DNA of 64,000 nt, taken from NCBI GenBank assembly GCA_043228905.1, contig JBHGNT010000004.1, positions 22,506,001 to 22,570,000 of the forward strand, written 5' to 3'. Origin of the DNA: Azolla caroliniana. Its lineage: Eukaryota; Plantae; Polypodiophyta. The translations under genes were made by a program, and so were the position numbers. The notes under the pieces were generated by a model. The model saw only the letters and a list, made by a program, of their open reading frames with translations. It made no database searches and was not told where the DNA came from. Numbering within the stretch: position 1 is the first letter of the stretch; the number at the start of each line of letters is the position of its first letter. Positions 13,103-24,600 of the stretch are shown here, in pieces.

Positions 13103-16100
13103 AGAGGGCTATCAAGGCGTGGGGCCGCGATTGTCCGAACTCCCGGGAACAACCCCACAAATGTACAGTACGGAAGAAGACTTGTACCATGGGTAGGAAG
13201 TTTTGGTTCTCCGATAACGGAGGTTGTACTATAACCGGCGTCAGTGGCCGGGAGAGGAAGCGAGCAGAGGAGCGGCTCAGGGGATGCGGAGTCCTCTTCC
13301 CCGACGAGGACATCAGCGGCACCGTGGAGGCGGTCTCTTTTAACGACACCTTGGGCGAACTACGAAAGGTAATCGGTGAAGACCTTAGGGAAGACTGGAC
13401 CGTTCCGGTAGGGTCAATGGGAATGTACGAAGTCATCGCAGACTTCGGGGAAAGGATCGGGTCGGATCGGACGGCCCGCGTGGATACGAAATACAAGACT
13501 GTGGACCAGTGTCATGAAGATCCGTTACTACGTGCGGATCGTGAGGCGGAACCGTCGGGGTTCTGGACCGGAAGGATTCAAAGTCGGTACAACCTTTGGC
13601 GCAAGCTTTAGCGAGAAAGTACTTAAGATAGATTGGGAAAGAGAGAAGTTGAGATTACACGATTGAGAGAGATTGATTGAACTTTTAACTTTAGATTTAA
13701 GAAACAAGTTACACCATCAATTTGATAACGAATTTCTTCTTCTTAATTTCATAACCCAAAAAAAAACGTGTTTTTTCTCCTCCCCCTTCCTTCTTTTATA
13801 GATGCTCTCATGCATATGATGCATGTGAGGGTACAAGACATGCATAAATTGCATGTTTGCCATTTGGCGCTTATGTATTACATGTGGTGCATGATAACCA
13901 TGTCACTCATTTTAGCTCTCATGTATGAGAATTTACATGTAAAAGTACAATGATAGAAATATAAATTCAACTAAATGGCATGGCTTAATGGTAAGCCAAT
14001 TGACTCCTAACTTGGAGGTGCAAGGTTTGAATCCTTACTTGCCCTCCTTGTATATGTATATATGTATATATTTTTATATATTTATTTATCTAGTCGTCGG
14101 ACGCCGGTTCGTCGGATGTCGTCGGTTACTGGTGCCTCGCCGGATGCCGTCGGTTACCTGTGCCTCGCCGGATGCCGTTGTCTCACCGGTGCCGGATACC
14201 GGTGCCGCTGCCGGATGCCGTCAATTACCGGTGCCTCGCCGGATGCCGTTGTCTCACCGGCGCCGGATCACCGGCTCCATCCCCGGTCCGGTTTTGGTTG
14301 GCCAAAACCCTTTACGAGTAGCTAGCCCACCTCCACTCTTAGTTCAAGTTACCTTGAACTCTCTATGCTCCACACATAAACACAAAGATAATATCTTTTG
14401 CTCTACCTTATATATGATAAGAACCGTATTTGTCGTGCCTATGTGGGATATCTCACAATTTTCTCTTTTCCTTTCACAAACTTTATACCCTCATATCTTG
14501 ACATTTAATTGTCCGTTTCTCGTGTAATAAAGTGCATTCGAAACCTCCATCATTTTGTACTTAGATATTAAATTTATTTAAAATGTTATCTTCACAATTA
14601 TTGTATTATGTGATTCATACTCGATTTCGTACGTTTTATGGGATTTTCACACTATTGCCGAAAATCTTCACGACACCGGAAGGTGAGGCCAGTCGCGACA
14701 CCCTTGCCGGAGGGCAGCGAGGAGTGGATAAAAGGGGTCGCGTTGGACCCAAGTTTACGAAATCCGGCTGGCATAGGGCACCGGTTCACCGACATAACGC
14801 TACGGGAGCTCAAGGTCGGTTGGGGCGGCTTCCTACTGCCGGCGGAGTAGGACCGGTTTCGGAGAATGCTCGGGAGGCACGGGATGGCTTTCGCATTCTC
14901 ACCGGAGGAGATCGAGTGCATAGACCCAACAATTGTCGAACCGATGGTGATCTTCACGGTACCGCATGTACTGTGGAATCTCAAGCCGATTCCGGTGCCA
15001 AGAGCTCACATCCCGAAGTTGATGGAGCTCCTAAAGCAAAAGGTGGAGATGGGCATCCTCGAACCGTCGAGTGCCCCGTATTCGAATCGATGGTTTACGG
15101 TGCCGAAGAAGAACGGCACGTTGCGCTTCATCCAGGACCTACAACCGGTCAAAAAGATGACCATCCGTAATGCAGGGATTGGACCAACCATAGACGAGTT
15201 CGCAGAGGCCTTCGCTGGAAGGTCGATCTATTTTGTCGGTGATCTGTACTCAGGGTACAATCAGTTCCAACTAGCCATGGAGAGTAGAGACATTACAACG
15301 ATGCGGACTCCTCTCGGCCTAGTGTGGATGTGTACCCTACCACAAGGAGGGACGAACTCAGTGGCTCACATGGTGAACGCGATGAACAAAGTGCTCAGGG
15401 ATTGTATCCCGGACATCACCATGCCATTCTTAGACGACATCCCGATCAAGGGATGCCCGGTGGAGAAAAGGGACGAGGCAATCAGGCCGGACGGATGTCG
15501 GAATTTCGTGGTGTCCCACATCGATGATTGCGAGAAGGTGCTGCAGAGACTAGAGAGCGCAAGGCTCACCTTCTCCAGGGAAAAATCGGCCTTCGAACAG
15601 TCGGAGATCTTGGTGGTTGGACACCTGTGCGGGCCTTACGGTAGGAAACCGTCTCCGGCAAAGGTAGAGGCCATCTCCGCGATGAGGAACGATTGCGGGT
15701 CGGTCACAGAGGTCCGCAGATTCTTGGGGGCATGCGCGTTCTACCACATCTAGATCCCGCACTACGCACATGTCGCGGAACCCCTCTACAGACTATTGAA
15801 AAAGGGGCGTAGCTTTGAGTGGAGGACGGAGCACACGGAGTCGGTTCGGAGACTAAAGGAGGCCCTTACGGCAGCGCCGGCTCTCCGTAAAGCAGTTTAC
15901 GGCAAGGATGTTCCCATCTGCGTAACGGTGGACACCAGCCCGACCGGGATCGGGTGGGTAATCAGTCAGGAGGACAAGGGCGGCGTACGATTCCCGATCC
16001 GGTTCAGGGCGAAGGTATTGAGCAAGCGGCAGCGAGGGTACGCCCATGTTAAGCGCGAACTTTGGGGTGTCGTTTCGGCAATCAAGGCCGACAAGGATTA

Positions 16101-17739
16101 TCTGATCGGGACGGAGGTGATTATCGAGACGGATTGCCTGCCGATACTCGGCATGGTTTCCGGATGCGCGACGCCGGACCTAGCAATGCTCCGATGGATA
16201 GCGTACATTAAGTCCCTAAACCCGGAGATACGGCACATCTCCGGAAAGGACAACGCCATGGTCGACATGCTTTCGAGGGCACGGTTCAACGACGAAGACG
16301 ACATGGTTTCGAATGGCGAATAAGTCGGCGAGGACTTCTTCGGGTCGGCTAACGTAACGACAAGGAAAGGGAACACTCTGACGCTTAACGAATTTGACGA
16401 AAGCAGGTACGACGGGGAGTGGCTCCAAATCGGGAGGTTCTTACGGACGATGACACCGGACGCAGCATGGGTGAGAGAGGAAGCGAGCCGGATACGGAGG
16501 AAGGCGTACCGGTTCTTCCTGCGAGACGGGTGCATATGGAGGCACCCAAAGAAGAGAAGCGACATCCCACTCCGAGTAGTGGCAAAGAAAGAGGAACAAG
16601 GGGAACTATTGGTGGCATTCCACGAGAGCCCATGGGCCGGACACCGCGGAACGTGGGCCACGTTTGAGAAGCTGAAGGAGAAGTACTGGTGGCCGGGGTT
16701 GTACCAGGACATGCATCGGTTTGTAACGACTTGCGAAAGCTGTCAGGTGCACTCCGTAGTCCGACACCGGGACGAGCTACACCCGACCTACCCGCCTACG
16801 GTCCATTTCAAGTGGATGGTGAACTTGGTGACGATGTCGATGGGGGTTGGACAGATGCAATACCTGGTGCTTGCACGGGAAGACTTAACGAACCAAGTGG
16901 AAGGTCGTGCACTGCAAAGTAAGACAACCGCGGCGGTATGCCGGTTCCTGGTCGAAGAAGTAGTGTGTCGGTACGAGTGCGTCGGGAGGATCGTGGCGAA
17001 CTGGGGAGAGCTGGATGCGCGGGAGGCCGAGGAATTGTTCGACCGGCTAGGCTTCAAACTCTCCCTCACCACGGCGTACAATCCGGAAGCGAACGGAAAG
17101 GTGGAACGTGGGCATGGACCGATTGTAAAGGCGTTGGTGCGTGCATGTGGTGGGCAGGTCGGAAATTGGCCGCGACTCCTTCCTTACGCGCTATGGGCGG
17201 ACCGGACTACGCACAGTTCGGTGACAAGGTTTATGCCGGCGGAGCTAATGTACGGACAAAATCCGATCATGCCGGTGGAACGGACGGTTTCTTCGTGGGC
17301 GGCGGTAGATTGGAAGGACGAAATGAGCCAGGAGGAGTTGCTGGCAGCGCGGATCCGACAACTCGAGCGGAGGCCGGAGGACGTGATACAGGCGAAGGAA
17401 AAGCTGCGAGCGGCAAGGGAGCGGAACAAGACCCGGTTGCAACCAAAGAAGATCGAGGAAGGCGACTGGGTCTTGGTATACGACAACAGCCTCGACAATC
17501 AGCACAAGGTGGTGCGAAAGTTTGCCAGGAGGTGGTTCGGGCCCTACGTGGTGAGGAGTGCGAACGACAATGGCACGTACCACCTCGCGGAACTCGACGG
17601 GACACGGTTAGCGGTGCCGGTGGCCGGGAAGCGGATCAAAGCATTCAAAAAGCGGTTCGAAGACGAGCCGGAGTTTGCGAGCAGGAGCGACAACGACGAT
17701 CAGTTTGGGCCCGATGGAGAATCGGAGAGCAACGAGTGA
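13099..17739 (+). pseudogene. Element B RT-RH-INT (stops; solo LTR inserted)
   Basis: ORF pieces starting at 13189, 14866, 15796 and 16450 are colinear with the intact pol at 21780-25139. Confidence 0.9.
13510..14675 (-). mobile_element. Gypsy solo LTR in reverse orientation (1166 bp, related to LTR 26241-27278), TSD CCAG/CCGG
   Basis: Reverse complement starts TGTCGTGAAGATTTTCGGCAA. Removal restores YKTVDRKVRP as in element C. Contains a GC-rich tandem array at about 14100-14275. Confidence 0.9.
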
Positions 17740-18313
17740 GGCCGGTTTTCTTCGGTATCTACCTGTCTCTAGCGCATGCCGGTGGATGCGCGGTTTGGTG
17801 GGGGTGGATGTCGTGAAGAAAACCGGCCATAGGCGGAATCGGAGAGAAAGGCACGTGAACCGGCTCTTACACGGATGGACGTGTAACTTGATATTTTGTA
17901 CCCAATTCATAAACGGATTGGTGGGTGAAAATACGAAGTGGCACGCATTTATCAAGGGATTGTGCGTATCTCTGTCAGACGGGGGGGCAGAGGGACAAGG
18001 AATAAAGGGAAGAGGACAAGAGAAAAGGAGATATCGCGCGTTGGGAGGAGAAGAGGTTGCTGCAGAACGGTGTCGTGAAGAAAACCGTCCACAAGCGGAA
18101 TCGGTGCACCGGAGCGTAGGAACCGGCTCTTCATGCACGTGCGCCTTACGTTGTACATAGGAGATCCTAGGCATGTAGATTCGGTAGGTAAGAAGTAAAG
18201 GGGAAACGGCTCCTTCCTGGCCTATAAAAGGAGGGAGACGAGGAGGAGGAAGGGATCGCGGAGAGTCGAGGACGAAGTGTTGTCGGTTTGTGGGCGAAGG
18301 CTTCTCTCTTTCT

Positions 18314-19091
18314 TGTTGAGAACACGACGTTCCTTATGTCCAACGCTCGGCCACAACCGAGATTCTTTTCATACACAGAAAAACAGGTAATGTAACGCGA
18401 CACAAAGAGGAGAAATGGTACATAGGAGGTTTACGTGGAAAACCCCAAAATAAGGGAAAAACCACGGCAGCCCACAGGCTGCAAACTGTCACTATGTAGG
18501 TATATACAACAGTGAGATCACTAAGGCAACGACCTCGTGCTCTCAGTTCTTCGCCACAGGCGGCGGTTACAACAGAGGCAACGACCTCGTCTCTCTCTCA
18601 CTCTCTCTCTGTACAGTTACGCGCTCTTCTCTATCTTCTTGCACCAACAAGGAAGAATAACAACAATAGGAACAGCACACATAAAAAGTTTGCCCTAAGT
18701 CATATTTAAACTAATATGACTTTCCGGCTATTTACAAATGTAGCCTCGATGGGCTCTCAGAAACATATTTACGAATATGTCTCTTCCTCCGGTTCATACC
18801 GGGCCTACACCATCCGGCTCTCCGCAGTCGGGTACTCCCCATCCGGTTCATACCGGGCCTACACCATCCGGCTCTCCGCAGTCGGGTACTCCCCATCCGG
18901 TCCATACCGGGCCTACACCATCCGGCTCTCCGCAGTCGGGTACTCCCCATCCGGTCCATACCGGGCCTACACCATCCGGCTCTCCGCAGTCGGGTACTCC
19001 CCATCCGGTTCATACCGTTTCGGCCTCGGCCGAGTTTGTTCGTCGGCACTATTCTTCTCCCTTCCCATCCGGAGGGACCTGTCTCCCAACA
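18314..19091 (-). mobile_element. Copia-type solo LTR (778 bp) inside the 5' LTR of C, 5-bp TSD TTTCT
   Basis: TGTTG...CAACA termini; absent from the 3' LTR of C. The reverse strand has CCGTGGTTTTTCCC...GGGGTTTTCCACGTAAA, a motif typical of plant copia LTRs. Confidence 0.85.
18788..19016. repeat. 54-bp tandem repeat, about 4.2 copies
   Basis: Unit TCCGGTYCATACCGGGCCTACACCATCCGGCTCTCCGCAGTCGGGTACTCCCCA at 18788, 18842, 18896 and 18950. Confidence 0.95.
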
Positions 19092-19519
19092 TTTCTCTGG
19101 CTCACAAACTCCGTGGCTGCTTTCTGTGCAGGTTTTCGGGAGGCTCGCGCTGCTCTGAGGAATGCCCGAGTGCTTCCGGCAGCACCTCCAACCTACTCTT
19201 CTCCTTCTGTGCGTTTATGAACAGGCATCGGCATCTGTTCGCCGGCCTGTTCGGTTGTAACCGACTTCGTGTTTTTGTTGTTTGTCTTTGTTAATACATA
19301 CATACATTCGTGTCTTTCTGTGTCGCTGTCCCACTTGCGTCTTTGCGTCGAAGGGCCGTGTCCCTGTGGATCTACGCTCGCACGTAGAGGGTCTCTTCTC
19401 CTTCCTCTCTTGCTCTTCGGTACAAGACCCCCGAGGTCCCGCCTCATTCCACGCATCCGCGAGGAATACCTCGACATCGTGGTGAACCCGACGTGAAGGA
19501 GGCGGCAGAAGAGCAGAAG

Positions 19520-21645
19520 ATGAAAGGGTCGGATCTTGCAGAGGCCATGGCTTCGGCCGTGGATTGGATATTGAGTGCACGCGAGGGCACCGGCGCCCTC
19601 GACAGAGCCATTGAGGCGGTTGTCGGTACGATCGGCCAGTTCAGCGGAAAGGATGCCACGAAGTATTTGGCGTCCTACGGGGCAGAAATGTTGATGCGGG
19701 ACATTCCGGAAGAGAGGCGTCTTGCCGGGTTTCCTCGAGTGGCGATGTCGACCATCCATGCGGAGGTGCTCGAGGTGCGGGCGGAGAGCCGTACCTGGGA
19801 GGAGTTTGGAGGCCGACTCCTAGAAAAATACGGGCTGGACGACACGCTCCGGCTTTCGAACCAGGACTTCATGGAATGGGTGGAGTCCCCCGGCAAGGGA
19901 AGAAATGTGTCGGCACTCCTCCGGGAGTTCGAAGAACGCTTTGCGCGCCTTTCGGCGCTTGACCGAACCGTTCTGGATACGAGCCGGGTCCTACTGTTCG
20001 TCAAGTCGGTGGACGAGCGGGACAGGGATCAAGTCGGCTCCTTGCTGGAAACCGAAGACGGGCTGACAACCGACTGGGCTGCGGTTAAGAGAGTCTGTGG
20101 CCGTTTCGACAAACGGCGAGAATGGGCTGACAACGGGGCGGCCGGTGCGGGCTCTGTCACAGCAAGGAGGCTTGAACCGGCACCGCAAGTGCGAAGGGAA
20201 GAAACCCGGGAATGGCTCGAAACCGGTTCGGCTTTGACCGGCATGGTCAATGGCTCGTCCGGAGGAGCAGCGCTGGAGGAGTTGACGCGGGCGATAAAGG
20301 ATCTCCAGATCGCCCAGACTCGAAGGGAAGGCGGCGAACCGGCTCGTGACCGACGGCCGGCAGCGGGGAACAGGTGCATGTGGTGCGACGAGGTCGGCCA
20401 CATTCGGAAGGACTGCGGCGATTTCGTAGAGGCGTTGAGGAACCGGGTGGTGTACCTGTGGGAAGGCCGGGTGCACGCCGGCGACACCAGGAGGGCCCTG
20501 AACCGAAACGACGGGCGAGGAGGAATGAAGAGACTGATGGAAGAGGCAGCGGCCCGACACGTGGAGGCCATCCACTACTCGGCGTCGGCCGGCATTCGGG
20601 TCAGGGGCAGCGAGGCCCGAAAGGAGGGCAAAGACGGATTCTGGTCGGCAATGCTGGAAGGTCTTGCCGGCGCACGGCTAAGGAAAGATGAAACGGACCG
20701 CGCTGAGAGACGGGTCCGGGAAATAACCGGGTGAGCGATCCGGTCGAGGAGAAGACGGGCTTTGTAGAAGCCGCCTGCCGGAACTACGAGGCTCTGGTTG
20801 AAGACAAACGGGTGGGGAAAGTCGGAGCGGTCGGGCCCTCACAACGGTACGAGACCCGATTCGGGCAACAACGGAACGATGTCGGTGGGTCCAGCCCGCA
20901 AGATAACCCCAGGAAGGGCGGATACCGACTGGGGACGGAAATAGAAAGGACTACGGACCTACGAAAGGTCCTAGAAGAACGGATCCTCAACAGCAAAGTG
21001 GAGCTGTCATTGCGAGAGGTGCTAGGGATCGCCAAGAAGGAGTTCCACGACTCCATTGTGGACCTGGTGAAACGGAAGAGGCTGTCGACGGAGACGGAAC
21101 CGGAAAGACCGGTGGAGGTGCGAACGACGCACATCGACGACATGGCGCTGGAAGATGAGTGGGCGGAGAGCCACTATTCAAAGCCGCACTAGGCCCGAGC
21201 GACCACGGAGACCCCGGTGAAGATCGGAGATGTTCAGGAACCGGTGGTGGCATTGGTGGACCACGGTTCGGAAATAAACCTGATGTCCATGCACTTCTAT
21301 AAGAAGGGAAAGTGGCCAATCAACACCAAGCACGGGTGGAAGATACGGGCGGCGATGCGCGCCACCGAGGAACTGCACGGGGCCTGCCCGAACGTGCGAG
21401 TCAAGATTGGCGACGTCGAGATTGACCAGCACTTCTTCATACAGGAGACGTCCTCGCACCCGGTCATATTAGGGGGACCATACATCACGGCGGCGCGAAT
21501 GGAGACCAAGGTGCTGGACAACGGTTCAGCCTACGCAAGGGTCAAAAGCCAAGACGGACGCCATTCGGTCCAATTTCTGACGGTGCGGCCGAACCACGAG
21601 CAAAACCGCGAATCCCTCGGTGGTGAGAACCGGGAGGATTTTTAG
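19520..21645 (+). pseudogene. Element C gag-knuckle-protease ORF, single frame with two premature stops (20732 TGA, 21190 TAG)
   Basis: ATG at 19520; CMWCDEVGHIRKDC; ALVDHGSEINLM. Both stops are TGG in element B. Confidence 0.9.
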
Positions 21646-24600
21646 AGAGGGCTGCCAAGGCGTGGGGACGAGATAGCCCGGACACTCGGGAAAGACCCCA
21701 CAACTGTACGATAGAACCGAAACCGAAGAAACCTTGTGCGATAGGTAGAAAATTCTGCTTCTCCAACAACGGAGGGTGTATGATAGCCGGCATCGTTGGC
21801 CGAGAAAGGGCAAGGGCGAAGGAGCGACTTCGAGCGTGCGGAGTTCTCGGCCCGGACGAGGAAATCAGCGGGGCCGTGGAGGCGGTCTCCTTCGACGACA
21901 CCTTGGGGATGCTGAGGAAGGTAGCAGGAGAAGACCTTAATGAAGACCAGACGATACCGGTATGTTCCGAGGAGATGTACGGAGTCATCGCGGACTTCAG
22001 TCAGGGGCTCGGGTCGGATCGGACAGCCCGGGTTAGCACGAAGTACAAGACTGTGGACCGGAAGGTAAGGCCAGTCGCGGCACCCTTACCGGAGGGCAGC
22101 AAGTCCCGAATTAGAGGGGTTGCGTCGGACCCCAGTTTACGAGATCCGGCCTACATAGGACACACCTTCACCGACGGGACGCTCCGGGAGCTCAAGATCA
22201 GTGGGGGCGGGTTCCTACTACCGGCGCAGGAAGACCGGTTTCGGAGAATGCTCGGAAGGCACGGGAAAGCCTTCGCGTTCTCGCCGGAAGAGATTGGGTG
22301 CTTAGACCCGATGATCGTGGAGCCGATGGTGATATTCACGGTACCGCATGTGCCGTGGAATCTCAAGCCGATTCCAGTACCAAGAGCTCACATCCCGGAG
22401 TTGATGGAGCTACTGAGGCATAAAGTCGATATGGGTATTCTCGAACCGTCGAGCGCGCCATACTCGAACCGATGGTTTACCGTACCAAAGAAAAACGGAA
22501 CATTGCGCTTCATTCAGGACCTGCAGCCGGTCAACAGAGTGACCATTCGGAACGCAGGAATCGGACCGACCATAGACGAGTTCGCGGAGGCCTTCGCCGG
22601 AAGGTCGATTTACTCGGTCGGTGATCTGTACTCGGGGTATGACCAGTTCCAGCTAGCCGTGGAGAGCAGAGACATTACGACGATGCGGACTCCCCTCAGC
22701 CTACTGCGAATGTGTACCCTGCCACAAGGAGGGACCAACTCGGTGGCCCACATGGTGAATGCAATGAACAAGGTACTGAGGGATTGCATCTCGGACATCA
22801 CCATGCCGTTTCTAGATGACATCCCGATCAAGGGGTGCCCGATGGAAGAGAAGAATGAGACAGTCGGGCCGGACGGATGCCGGCGATTCGTGGCAACACA
22901 CATCGACGACTGCGAGAAGGTGCTACAAAGGCTAGAGGATGCGAGGCTCACCTTCTCGGGGGAGAAATCGGCCTTCGGGCAATCAGAAATTCTGGTGGTC
23001 GGACACCTATGTGGACCATATGGCCGGAAGCCGTCTCCGACAAAGGTAGAAGCCATCTCCGCGATGAAGACCGACTATAGCTCGGTTACGGAAGTTCGGA
23101 GGTTCTTGGGGGCATGCGCATTCTACCACATATGGATCCCGCATTACGCCCACGTTGCGGAGCCGCTATACGGGTTGCTGAAGAAAGGGCGAAAATTCGA
23201 GTGGCGAGACGAGCACACGGAGTCGGTCCGGAAGCTGAAGGAAGCTCTTGCGGCAGCACCGGCGCTCTGGAAGGCTGTATACGAGAAGGGTACCCCGGTA
23301 TACATAACGGTGGATACGAGTCCGACCGGGGTCGGATGGGTCGTCAACCAAGAAGACAGGGACGGCATTCGGTTCCTAATCCGATTCGGCACGAAGGTCC
23401 TCAGTGAGCGACAGCGAGGGTACGCCCAGGTTAAACGCGAACTCTGGGGTATCGTTTCGGCAGTAAAGGCCGACAAAGACTACCTGATCGGGACGGAAGT
23501 GATTATCAAGACGGATTGCCTGCCAATTCTCGGCATGGTTTCCGGATGCGCGACACCGAACCTGGCGATGCTCAGGTGGATAGAGTACATCAAGTCCCTG
23601 GATCCGGAAATACGGCACATTTCCAGAAAGGACAACGCCATGGCCGACATGCTTTCGAGGGCGAGGTTTGATGACGAGGGCAACATGGTTTCGGAGGACG
23701 AAGAAGTCGGCGTGGACTTCTTTGAGGCGGCGTACGTGACGACCGATGGGACGAGCACTCCGGCACTTAACGACTTCGACGAGAGCAAGTACGACGGCGA
23801 GTGGCTACAGATCGGTGGGTTTTTGAGGACAATGACGCCGGATGCGTCATGGACGAGGGACGAGGCCAACCGGATCCGGAAGAAAGCATACCGATTCTTT
23901 CTCCGGGACGGATACTTATGGAAGCACCCGAAGAAGAGGAACGACGTCCCGCTCTGGGTGGTGGCGATGAAGGAAGAACAGGAGGAGCTGCTGACGGCCT
24001 ACCACGACAGCCCTTGGGCTGGTCACCGAGGAACGTGGGCCACGTTCGAGAAGATAAAGGGGAAGTACTGGTGGTCGGAACTGTACCGGGACGTGCATCG
24101 GTTCGTGACAACTTGCGAGAGCTGCCAGATGCACTCCGTAGTCCGACATCAGGACGAGCTTCACCCTACGTACCCTCCGACCATCCACTTCAAATGGATG
24201 GTAGATCTGGTGACGATGCCGATGGGAGTAGGACAGATGCGGTATCTGGTCCTGGCTCGGGAAGATCTGACGAACCAGGTGGAAGGTCGAGCCCTTCAGA
24301 ACAAAACAACCGCGGCCATATGTCGGTTCCTAATTGAGGACGTGATATGCCGGTACGGGTGCGTCGGGAAGATCGTGGCTGATCGCGGGGAGTTGGACGC
24401 CGAAGAGGCCGAGGAGCTGTTCGACCGGCTAGGAGTCAAGCTCTCGCTTACCACTGCGTACAATCCGGAGGCGAATGGGAAGGTGGAGCGCGGACACGGA
24501 CCGATCGTCAAGGCGTTAGTTCGGGCATGCGAAGGACAAGTCGGGAACTGGCCACGGCTGTTGCCTTACGCGTTGTGGGCGGACCGAACTACGCACAGTT

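Noticed and set aside
16938-17816. 292-aa overlapping ORF and other long alternative-frame or antisense ORFs over the gypsy elements
   Set aside because: Expected in GC-rich coding DNA, and not preserved at the same length in the sister element.
18716-19294. Repeat-protein ORFs or a CRISPR-like array
   Set aside because: 54-bp head-to-tail units with no unique spacers, inside a solo LTR; frames stay open because 54 is a multiple of 3.
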